This document shows, one piece after another, positions 41,826-50,316 of a stretch of 64,000 nucleotides of DNA. Location of the stretch: contig MVZN01000008.1 of NCBI GenBank assembly GCA_002069125.1, positions 5,643 through 69,642 of the forward strand, given 5' to 3'. A program made the position numbers and the translations under genes. Under the pieces are notes generated by a model. It did not search any database. It had not been told where the DNA came from and was given only the letters and a program-made list of their open reading frames with translations. Origin of the DNA: Spirochaetes bacterium ADurb.BinA120 (GTDB lineage Bacteria; Spirochaetota; UBA4802; UBA5368). Each line of letters starts with the position of its first letter. Within the stretch, counting starts at the first letter, position 1.

Positions 41826-42439
41826 AGTCTGCCGATCTTGTACACCACCCCCAGGCTCGCGCCGTAGGACATGATGGTGGATTCCTCCCCGAGCCCATAT
41901 GAGCCGTACCGTCCGACGAGGTCGAAAAGGAGGATCCAGTCGCGGGAAAACACCCATCCCAGCCCGGCCGAGGCGGAAAGGCCGGCCCCTCCCTGATAGC
42001 TCTTGTCGGAGGGCCCGGACTCGAGGTAAAGCCCAATGCCGGGGCAAAGGAAAAAGGAGTCACTCAGACGGAAGGCGTATTTACCGGTTACCGAGTAAAG
42101 AAGCCGAAGCGACGCCACCGTATCCTCGGAGGCGCCGGTGTTTATGGCCTGCATGGTGAATTCGCCGATGATGTCGCGAACCACAACATCGAGTAAAAGG
42201 CCTCCCGAGAAATACACCCCCGAGGCGTTTTGGGATTTCCGTTCGTCGACCACCCATTCGTTGTAATCGATGGAGGCTGTGCCCCCTCCAAGGGTGGCGC
42301 CGATATACGTAAAGAAGAGCTCCTGTTGGGCCAGGGCGGGCCGGGCTATTGCCAGTGTTAGGACTGCAAGGACGCACCCGGCCCACGCCCGGGGCCGCTT
42401 GCCTGTTGTTTTTGGAGCGTCGGCGGAGCTTATGTTCAT
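41822..42439 (-). CDS. Outer-membrane beta-barrel protein (OmpW/OmpA-like fold), hypothetical
   Basis: Signal peptide (AVLTLAIARPALAQQ) followed by alternating amphipathic beta-strands with Gly/aromatic residues; 205 aa. Confidence 0.5.
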   Translation of the reverse strand: MNISSADAPKTTGKRPRAWAGCVLAVLTLAIARPALAQQELFFTYIGATLGGGTASIDYNEWVVDERKSQNASGVYFSGGLLLDVVVRDIIGEFTMQAINTGASEDTVASLRLLYSVTGKYAFRLSDSFFLCPGIGLYLESGPSDKSYQGGAGLSASAGLGWVFSRDWILLFDLVGRYGSYGLGEESTIMSYGASLGVVYKIGRL

Positions 42440-42610
42440 TGCGAGCGTTCTCCCGCTACTTTCGTCATACGGCGCGCGAGGAGAACACGCGCCTTTTATG
42501 TTCCTGGCGGCCCGTCACGAGCGGAGCCGGCCGAAAGCACCGGTCCGAATGCCGCTTCGCCCCAATCCGGAGCGCGACCATGTGCGAAACCGCGAGGGAC
42601 GGCCGCCCTA

Positions 42611-42630
42611 AAACGCGATATCGCGCCCCG
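42611..42630 (-). terminator. Small palindromic hairpin (cgcgatatcgcg) followed by TTTT on the minus strand
   Basis: Lies immediately downstream of the LolA-like gene stop at 42632. It is a weak candidate intrinsic terminator. Confidence 0.3.
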
Positions 42631-42631
42631 T

Positions 42632-43240
42632 CTATTTTACATCGAGCGGATTTTTAACCAGTTGCGCGTTTGACGGGACCGAGAAATCGAATATGCCGGG
42701 GGCCATGCTCTCGCCGGTCCGAAGGTTCGAGAACGTGATGGACATCCCGTCCCCCGACTTGTTCAGTAAAACGATCTTTCGGGGAAGGAAACCGCCGTCC
42801 AGCACGAGTGTAATGTCCGAATACGCGCGCTCGCTGTTTTTTAACTTTATGGTATACCCCGAAGGGCCCTGTGCCGTCAGAATCGCCAGATACCCGCTTA
42901 CAAGCCCCGCAAGACCGCCCGAGGCCCCGCGGGCGAGGTCCTGGACGCCGCAGATATTGCTCGAAGAGTCGAATACCCAGAGCCGCCTGCCGTTTGACGA
43001 GATAATCCGCCCCGAGGGGCTGGTGAACTTGACGAGTATCCTTCCGGGCGCCATATATTTGAAGTTGCCGCTGTACCCCTGGCCGCTCTGGTGCATCCAG
43101 GAGATGGTTCCGCTCATCGTGCCGACGCTGTTCAAGCGCGCCTGGAATTTTCCCACGGCCTCGTCCCCGGTCAGCGCGGACACTGCCCCGGCATGCGTAA
43201 GCAACAGGAGGCCCGCGAGTAGTGCGAGTGTTCGTTTCAT
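42632..43240 (-). CDS. LolA-like outer-membrane lipoprotein carrier family protein
   Basis: Signal peptide and a roughly 180-aa mature domain with the LolA-like pattern (ISSNGRRLWVFD). Confidence 0.5.
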   Translation of the reverse strand: MKRTLALLAGLLLLTHAGAVSALTGDEAVGKFQARLNSVGTMSGTISWMHQSGQGYSGNFKYMAPGRILVKFTSPSGRIISSNGRRLWVFDSSSNICGVQDLARGASGGLAGLVSGYLAILTAQGPSGYTIKLKNSERAYSDITLVLDGGFLPRKIVLLNKSGDGMSITFSNLRTGESMAPGIFDFSVPSNAQLVKNPLDVK

Positions 43241-43481
43241 CGGTCTTACGTCCTCACATATACTACGTTTTAAGATTGAAAAAAGTAAAAAGAAAATTTA
43301 GAAATGGCAAAAAATGTACGCCCCAGCCGCGGAAGCACCTCCCGCGGCCGGCATCGGGCGGCCGGCGCTTCCGGTGACACTCATTATGGAAGATAATCGT
43401 AAATGCAATACAATTTCGGTTTCGCTTTTATCTTGATCGGCCTCCATGGGTGGGGTAGAGTAGTCTAAGCGGGGAGGGGCT

Positions 43482-43973
43482 ATGATCGCGCGGTTGTTCA
43501 GGGAAAATATGGATATCGAGGCCTTCCGACAGAAGGTCGTGGCGTTCGACGGAGACTTTCCGTTCGATAAAGAAGACATGATAGCCTTAGGGGACGCCTA
43601 TTTCGAACGATATCCGGACTGCTTTTCAAACCGGAATTGTCAGGACGTCACCCTGGGGTATCGCATGGTCCGCATCTGTGTAATCGAGAAGCTCGTAAGG
43701 CGGTGCGAGGCCGTACCGCGGGCCATCCTTAGGGAAGCCTTCGGCAACGCCTCCTCGATCCAGGCCGGAATAGAACGCCTGATGAGGGAGATCGGTGTCG
43801 AACGAGCGCTCGAATGCCACCGGATGATGGAGGAGGAGCTTGCCGCCGTCCAACATGTTATCGACTCCCTGCCCGTGGGAATGACGAAGGAGCGGTTTAT
43901 CGGCGGCATAAGCTATCTCCACAACGCCCTATACCTCATCAGAAGCGCGATCGACAAGGCTCCGCTGGGCTGA
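43482..43973 (+). CDS. Hypothetical protein
   Basis: 163-aa ORF with coding-like composition and no recognised motif. Confidence 0.45.
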   Translation: MIARLFRENMDIEAFRQKVVAFDGDFPFDKEDMIALGDAYFERYPDCFSNRNCQDVTLGYRMVRICVIEKLVRRCEAVPRAILREAFGNASSIQAGIERLMREIGVERALECHRMMEEELAAVQHVIDSLPVGMTKERFIGGISYLHNALYLIRSAIDKAPLG

Positions 43974-43989
43974 CCGCCAGCCGCGTGGA

Positions 43990-45753
43990 TCAGCATCCCC
44001 CGCGGACCAGCCGGAGCAGTTCGCGGGCGGCCTCCTCCGGTCCCCTCATCTCGAACCCGTTTATCCCCAGCCTGGTGCGCATCTGGCCGACGAACACTCC
44101 GCGCCCGAAGAAGGCGTTGAAGAACACCATGGCCAGACGGTCGTGGATCTCACGGTACTGGGGAGGTCCGAAGATGTTCGCGAAATAGGAGTGTACGATC
44201 CCGGTTGAGGTCGTGGTCCCCTTGCTCATCACCATCCCCTCGCGGAATATAGTGAACGCCCTGTCGACGTCGGAAAAGCGCTCGATGATCGGATGGTCGT
44301 CATCCACCTGCTCGTAGTTGTTCGCGTAGAGCACCATGTCGACACGGTGCCCTTTCATGACGATATCGCATGTGGTGACGGGGATGACGATACGCGCGTT
44401 GACCTGCGCGGGGCTCATTATGATGGAGCGGTCGATCTGACCGAAGGCGTACCCCGGCTGCAGGTCGTCAAGGCGGAGGAACGCCCCGATCTCCGTCCCG
44501 TAGCCGATGATGTCGCCCCTGTCGTCGATGTCCAGCGATCCCATGTCGTCGGCGATGATGGTCATGTCGCGTATATCGTCCCCGCCGATGGTCCTGAAGG
44601 CCTCGAGGGTCTCCGATTTTCCCGCCCCGGTATCTCCGATGATCAGGATGTTCTTCTGCGAGTCTCCGTCCATGACGATACGGACGAACGCGCCGTGAAA
44701 CGGGAGCCGCCCCGCCTGCATCATCCGTATGTTGTGGAGAGTCAACACCATCTTCTTCAGATAGCCGAAGTAGCCGAACTCGTCACGATTCGGTACCGCG
44801 GCGACCAGCATGCCGCCCTCCCTGTCCTCGTGGAACACCGTGGGGAACTCCGCCAGCGTATCGATGGCGTCTCCGGGCACGCCGAAAAGGTACAGTGCGT
44901 CGGGCTTTCGTGCAAGGTCTTCATCGGAGGCCATTTCGAAGAGATTACAGAGCGAAAAGCCCAGCTCGAAGAACCTGGCATGGAAGTAGATGAGTATCAG
45001 GAGCGGCCCCACCTTTGCCGGATAGCACAGCCATTCGTCGTCGACCGGATCGATTACCTCAAGGGGGTTGCGCTCTACGCGTATGAACTGCCCGGTGCGC
45101 TTGTTGATCGGCGGGTTCAGGATGAGCGGCGGATTGATGAGCACCTGCCGGATCACCCTTATGCGCGAAAGCTTCTCGTAGAGTCCGCCCGGAAGCTCGA
45201 GCGGCCGCGGAAGCGAGATGGCGGCTACCTGCGCGCCCGCCGTGAGCTGGCGGTAGATCCTGGGGTGAGTGCAGGTGAGGTTTTCGTCGATGTCCCGGTA
45301 AGCGCCGCGGACCAGGTGCGTCATCCGTTCGACGGTGTCGTTGAAGGTGCGGTACGGCCTCTTGTCCAGGATGTCTCCCTCGGAGTCGCATACGATGAAG
45401 CGGTCGTGCGAGCGCCAGAAGTTATACATCTGCTCGATGAGCCTGCTGAAATTCTGAACATCGCGCAGGAGAACCTCGGCCCCTTTAACGACGTTCGGTA
45501 CTACCGGTGCCGGAAGCTTGGCCAGGTGGCGCATCGTTTCCGCGAGTAGAGCAACCGCCCCTCCGTCTGGAAGCTCGTCAATGCCGGCGGCATCGAGGAT
45601 GGGCGAGCGCTTCTCGCGAAGCATCTCGAGGAAGCGGCCGAGTATTTCATGGAAAAGCTCGCTCGAAAAAAGCTCGTCAGCGGTTTCGCAGACTTTCCCC
45701 CGTGTGTAAATGATCACCTTGTTGTCCATTATTCTGAAACGCATCGTGTTCAT
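43990..45753 (-). CDS. Large protein with C-terminal HprK-like P-loop kinase domain
   Basis: ILIIGDTGAGKSETLEAF Walker A followed by ADD and downstream motifs parallel the HPr kinase C-domain (GDSGVGKSE). The N-terminal 380 aa or so are unrecognised. Confidence 0.55.
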   Translation of the reverse strand: MNTMRFRIMDNKVIIYTRGKVCETADELFSSELFHEILGRFLEMLREKRSPILDAAGIDELPDGGAVALLAETMRHLAKLPAPVVPNVVKGAEVLLRDVQNFSRLIEQMYNFWRSHDRFIVCDSEGDILDKRPYRTFNDTVERMTHLVRGAYRDIDENLTCTHPRIYRQLTAGAQVAAISLPRPLELPGGLYEKLSRIRVIRQVLINPPLILNPPINKRTGQFIRVERNPLEVIDPVDDEWLCYPAKVGPLLILIYFHARFFELGFSLCNLFEMASDEDLARKPDALYLFGVPGDAIDTLAEFPTVFHEDREGGMLVAAVPNRDEFGYFGYLKKMVLTLHNIRMMQAGRLPFHGAFVRIVMDGDSQKNILIIGDTGAGKSETLEAFRTIGGDDIRDMTIIADDMGSLDIDDRGDIIGYGTEIGAFLRLDDLQPGYAFGQIDRSIIMSPAQVNARIVIPVTTCDIVMKGHRVDMVLYANNYEQVDDDHPIIERFSDVDRAFTIFREGMVMSKGTTTSTGIVHSYFANIFGPPQYREIHDRLAMVFFNAFFGRGVFVGQMRTRLGINGFEMRGPEEAARELLRLVRGGC

Positions 45754-46856
45754 AGTTGTTCCTCCCTGTCGTCCTGTGATCGGGCCGTGTCGGGCGAAGT
45801 GCGCTCATTCGGGACCTGGATGTGCCGCCACAGGCCACGCGACCCCTGCCCAAGGCGCCAGAAGGCGGCGGCCTCGATATTTTTATCGCGGCAGAGCTTA
45901 AGTTTCATCCGGGTCGATTCAATGTCATCGTAGAAAACGCTTACTCTTACTTTTTCCTCGTATTCGAAATGGCAGCCCTTCTCGGGATTGTAGGATGGGC
46001 TTAGCTTTTTCGATTCGATCAGTTCGTCGATATGATGGTTGCGGAGCGCCCGGGCGAGGGTCCTGTCCTGCCAGGCCCTTCCGTACAGCGGAAGCCCCGC
46101 TACGAGTTTCCCGCCGGAGACCCTGGTCTTCGCGAACTCCAGTATCTCTTTGAGCCATATCACTGAGCTCACTGGTCCCGGGCCGCTGGCGCTCCAGTGC
46201 TGGTCGTATGCCATTATGATGACCCTGTCGGCGATGCCGGCTATCGCCCGGTAATCGTACGCGTCCGAAACGGATTTTCTGCGGGCGGGCACGGCGACGC
46301 TAAGCGTTTTCGAGGCCGGAAGGCCCTTTTTAAGCTCGCCCAGAAAATCGTGGAAATATTTCGCGTCGTCGGCCGGCACGCTCTCGAAGTCGATCTGCAC
46401 GCCGTCAAAGTTTTCCGCGGCTCGTACGATGTCGCCGGCGAGCCGTTTTCGATAGGGCAGGGACGGGTTTAGGCAGAAATGGGCGAGGGCCGGATTGGAG
46501 AGCTCCGTGATGACGATGTGCAAGCGCGCACGGGCGCGCAGGGCGCCTGGTAATACCGGCGGCGCGGGCACGGCCGCCAATACGCCCTTGGGGGTGATGG
46601 GAACTCCGAAATAACAGATATCGGTGAGAGGCTCCGTGCCTGTTAGCTCCTTCTCTTCCCCTTTCATGAGGTATCCCCAGAGCTCTTTGAAAACCAGCGG
46701 ACGCTCGAAAACCGTATTCCGCTCCTTTGCGTTCTCGATGGGATTCCCGGCAATGGGTTTCCGCCCGGATGAGGCGCTTCCCGCGCCGGCGGTGGAACAG
46801 GCCGATGACACAAGTATCAGGAGGGCCAGGGCGGCCTGTCGTAAAGGTGTGCTCAT
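45750..46856 (-). CDS. Glycoside hydrolase family 18 (chitinase-like/YaaH-like) lipoprotein
   Basis: Signal peptide plus lipobox (LILVSSACS) and the GH18 catalytic-region pattern (GVQIDFESV). ATGA overlap with the upstream kinase-domain gene. Confidence 0.6.
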   Translation of the reverse strand: MSTPLRQAALALLILVSSACSTAGAGSASSGRKPIAGNPIENAKERNTVFERPLVFKELWGYLMKGEEKELTGTEPLTDICYFGVPITPKGVLAAVPAPPVLPGALRARARLHIVITELSNPALAHFCLNPSLPYRKRLAGDIVRAAENFDGVQIDFESVPADDAKYFHDFLGELKKGLPASKTLSVAVPARRKSVSDAYDYRAIAGIADRVIIMAYDQHWSASGPGPVSSVIWLKEILEFAKTRVSGGKLVAGLPLYGRAWQDRTLARALRNHHIDELIESKKLSPSYNPEKGCHFEYEEKVRVSVFYDDIESTRMKLKLCRDKNIEAAAFWRLGQGSRGLWRHIQVPNERTSPDTARSQDDREEQL

Positions 46857-47187
46857 TCTCGATCTCCCGTATCAATTGGATCCGCCGGCTGTCCGGGGAT
46901 GGAGTTCAATCCCCGACCGGCGTAATAATTCCATCGGGCCCCATTGCGCGATGGTCCTTATTCAACATTCGATCGGCATTCGTCCCGGGACAACAAAAAA
47001 GCCACTACCGCTTTTCTCCCGAATGGCGAGGGAGTTAAAACGATACTGGCTTATCGAGCGACGGCCCGCTTACGGCTTCCGCCGGGGTTTCCGCGCCTTC
47101 CGCGCCGAGCTCCCGTCGCAAGAGGCGAAGTGGGCCTTCCCGCAATCTTCCAATCGATTAAAACGAAGCGAACGATTAGTTTGACGG

Positions 47188-47550
47188 TCAGCTTTTGTCA
47201 AGCGTTTTAATTCTGGTCTCCAGGTCGCATTCCATAGTAAATACTATGACCCTCTCGCCGGTGACGGTGCTGATATCGGTGTGCATGCTGCGGCAGGCGC
47301 AGCCGGTGATTTCCGCGAGTATCGCCGAGAGCATGTCTCGCGCCTCCTCGATGAGCCTGATGCGCACCTTCTTGATCAGGTCAAGGCCTTCACCGCTACT
47401 GGTGAGCCGGCTTTCGGCGCGCGTCATGACCCCCTTCATCCTCACGATCACCATGTCTTCGATGATATAGGTGCGCGTCTCGATGGGGCCGCGCCCCATG
47501 TATTCCTTTTCGAACTTGATCAGCGCCTCGCTGATCTCCGCCTCGATCAT
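47188..47550 (-). CDS. DUF2294 family protein
   Basis: About 120-aa conserved pattern (EISEALIKFEKEYMGRGP...DISTVTGERVIVF). Start at the internal Met MIEAEIS. Confidence 0.5.
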   Translation of the reverse strand: MIEAEISEALIKFEKEYMGRGPIETRTYIIEDMVIVRMKGVMTRAESRLTSSGEGLDLIKKVRIRLIEEARDMLSAILAEITGCACRSMHTDISTVTGERVIVFTMECDLETRIKTLDKS

Positions 47551-47789
47551 GCCCCTGCTTTTGGTCTTCACGGCCCCGTTCCTGTGCCTCGTACGGCGCA
47601 AACCGCCGTCGATATTCTCCGATTCACTTAGCACATTCCCGCCCGCGCCGTCCAGTTATTTTCCTTCCGAGGTGAGATTTGGGATATTCCGGAACGGCCG
47701 TCCGTGCGCATTCCGGATTCGAAAAACACCGTGCGGCCGGATGATATTCGCGCCCCGGCTCTGATGTATACGATTGACGCGATCGCCTG

Positions 47790-48105
47790 TCCGGGAAGCC
47801 CTAATAATCGATATATATATGCCCATGAAAAATATTTTTAATCATAATAGTTCAACGATTTAAATGCTCCGCTCCGCCAGCTCGCCCCGCGGCGCCGTGT
47901 TCCATGTGTGCTTTACCGCTGACTACTAACACGGAGGCCGGTGTTCTGCAATATCTGATAATATATTTATCATATTATATTATATGCATATATTATAAGA
48001 TGTATAAAATAATATATTAAATATCCTAATATTGTATGATTAAGAAAAAATAATAAATCACGGCGCATTAGCATTAAAATAATATTGACTAATCCAATGC
48101 CGGGT
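47790..48105. promoter_or_regulatory. About 320-bp AT-rich island upstream of the Fdh-like/hydrogenase operon
   Basis: A stretch at roughly 15-25% GC inside a roughly 62% GC background, with many short A/T palindromes (atatgcatat at 47982-47991) and a TTGACT-16 nt-TACGGT promoter-like pair at 48084-48111. No ORF on either strand. Confidence 0.4.
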
Positions 48106-48309
48106 CTACGGTTGTCGCGTGATAGACGTGTGAGGCGCAACAATCACAAGGCCGCCCGCCACGGGTACCGTAAGCTCTGCTTTAGGTCTTGTCGGTTTGC
48201 GTACAGCCGTCCGCGGCGCTTATGGGCCTGTCTTGTTGAACGGGTCGTAATTGCGGGCGGCGCTGTGCGCGACCGACAACGGAAATTCTAATGCGTGGAG
48301 TGTTATGGT

Positions 48310-50316
48310 ATGAATCAGAAACCTGGCGTGTGCACCTTCTGCGGCACGGGTTGCGGCCATTTCATCGGCGTCGAAAACAACAGGATCGCGCGTGTCTATC
48401 CCTCCCAAAACCATCCCGTAAGCAAGGGGCGTCTTTGCGTTCGGGGCTGGAACATCCACGAACTCCTCGATACTCCCGATAGAATTAAAAAACCGCTGAT
48501 TCGTTCCGACGGCCCTTTCGTGGAGGCGTCCTGCGACGAGGCGGTGGGCCGACTAATTGACTCGTTGAAGAAGTACCCTCCGGAATCCATCGGCTTTCTC
48601 GCCTCGCCCCGCTCCTCCAACGAGGAGCAGTATCTTCTAATGAAGCTCGCCCGTTCGGTCTTCGGGACCAACAACATCTGCTTGGACAGCGAATCGGGCC
48701 ATCGCGCAAGCCTCAATGTTCTGCACGCGGGTACCGGTATGGCTGGAATGCTCGGCTCGATCGAGGAGATATGCGGGGCGGAATTCATCCTTGTAGCCGG
48801 GATAGACATCACCCGGCAGAACCCCATAATAGGAAGCGAGATCCACATGGCCGCGCGGGCGGGGGCCATGGTGGTGACCATGGACAGCCGGCGCACCCAG
48901 ATCGCCAGGCTATCGAAGAAATTTTTACAGGTGAGGCCCGGCGCAAACAAGCTTGCCGTCCTCGCCCTGGCTAAAACCATATATGAGGAAAATCTCCACG
49001 ACCCATCGTTCCTCGAAGCGCATACGGAAGGCTTCGAGGGGTTCCGAAGGGCTTTCGGAAAGCTATCCGAAAACGAATTATACGAAAAGACCGGCCTTAA
49101 GGCCGACGAGATAAAAACGGTCGCCCGCCATCTGGCCAGGGCGAAATCGGCGATGGTATTCTTCTCCTCCGGCATCTCGGGCCTCGATGAGGACACAATA
49201 GGGTATATCTACAATCTCTTTCTTCTGGCCGGAAAAATCGGAAAGGAGGGCTGCGGCGTAAATCCGATAGCCGGGCTCAACAACCTTCAGGGCGGCTACG
49301 ATATGGGGCTGGCCCCGGACCTCCTCACCGGATTCCAGCCGCTTGCCGACGCGGCGACGGCTAAAAAATTCGAAAAGGAGTGGGGGACGGCACTTCCCTC
49401 CTCACCGGGAAAGCCGATCTACCGATCGCTGGCGGACCAGGCATCGGAACTGAAGGCGCTTGTCGTGGTTGACCACGACGAGGGGATAGTGCGCTACGCC
49501 GACGCCATCAAAAAGCTCGACTTCGTGGCATACATAGGGGCCTTCAAGAACCCATTTGCGGAGTACGCTCATGTGGTGCTTCCAATCGCCACCTACGTAC
49601 AGGAGGACGCCACATTCACGAACGCGGAACGGCGCATACAGCTCTCAACGAAAAAGATCGAACCGGAAGACGGGCTGCTCCCCGGATGGAAACTGTATTC
49701 GATGATAGCCGCGAAGGCCGGCAGGGCATGGAAATACGCAAAGGTATCGGAGGTGATGGACGAGATCGCCCGGCTTACTCCTGCGTACGCCGGAGTTACG
49801 CACGCAAAGCTTGCCGGCGGTTTCGGCCTGCAGTGGCCTGTGGACGATAAAAACCCGGGCGGAACCAGGCGCTTCGACCTCGCCAAAGCAGGGCGAAAGC
49901 TCGCTTTTTACGGGGTGAGCGATGTGTTTGAGGCCCCATCGGCCGACGACCGGTTTCCATTCCTCCTCATGGTGGGCAAGGCGCAGCATTTCTGGCACCA
50001 GAACAACCTCATGAAAAAGACGCACATCCCCATGCGCGAATATAACGCGACACTGATGGATTATCCCGAAGGCTACGTCGAGATATGCCCGCAAAGCGCG
50101 AAGGAGATAGGGGTGCGCGACCGCTGGCCTGTGCGAGTGGTATCGCCTCACGGGGAGATGCGCGTGTCGGCTAGGGTTTCGGACGACGTGAGCCCCAATA
50201 CGGCCTATGCGCCCTACTTTGTACAGGAAATGATATCGCGTTTTTTGCTGGGGCACACCGAGGTTCTAAGGCAGGGAGAAGACGCAACGATTCCAGTAAG
50301 GATTGAGAAGGTATGA
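48310..50316 (+). CDS. Molybdopterin oxidoreductase, FdhF (formate dehydrogenase H)-like catalytic-type subunit lacking the Cys/Sec Mo ligand
   Basis: N-terminal 4Fe-4S motif CTFCGTGCG, MGD-binding regions and C-terminal Mo-bisPGD domain. Aligning the E. coli FdhF segment NNVDCCARVUHGPSVAGLHQSVG with NNICLDSESGHRASLNVLHAGTG puts Gly at the U140 position. There is no in-frame TGA. GTG 48295 is an alternative start. Confidence 0.75.
   Translation: MNQKPGVCTFCGTGCGHFIGVENNRIARVYPSQNHPVSKGRLCVRGWNIHELLDTPDRIKKPLIRSDGPFVEASCDEAVGRLIDSLKKYPPESIGFLASPRSSNEEQYLLMKLARSVFGTNNICLDSESGHRASLNVLHAGTGMAGMLGSIEEICGAEFILVAGIDITRQNPIIGSEIHMAARAGAMVVTMDSRRTQIARLSKKFLQVRPGANKLAVLALAKTIYEENLHDPSFLEAHTEGFEGFRRAFGKLSENELYEKTGLKADEIKTVARHLARAKSAMVFFSSGISGLDEDTIGYIYNLFLLAGKIGKEGCGVNPIAGLNNLQGGYDMGLAPDLLTGFQPLADAATAKKFEKEWGTALPSSPGKPIYRSLADQASELKALVVVDHDEGIVRYADAIKKLDFVAYIGAFKNPFAEYAHVVLPIATYVQEDATFTNAERRIQLSTKKIEPEDGLLPGWKLYSMIAAKAGRAWKYAKVSEVMDEIARLTPAYAGVTHAKLAGGFGLQWPVDDKNPGGTRRFDLAKAGRKLAFYGVSDVFEAPSADDRFPFLLMVGKAQHFWHQNNLMKKTHIPMREYNATLMDYPEGYVEICPQSAKEIGVRDRWPVRVVSPHGEMRVSARVSDDVSPNTAYAPYFVQEMISRFLLGHTEVLRQGEDATIPVRIEKV

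Noticed and set aside
44293-45549. 418-aa plus-strand ORF
   Set aside because: It lies antisense to the HprK-like kinase-domain gene, whose Walker A motif supports the minus frame.
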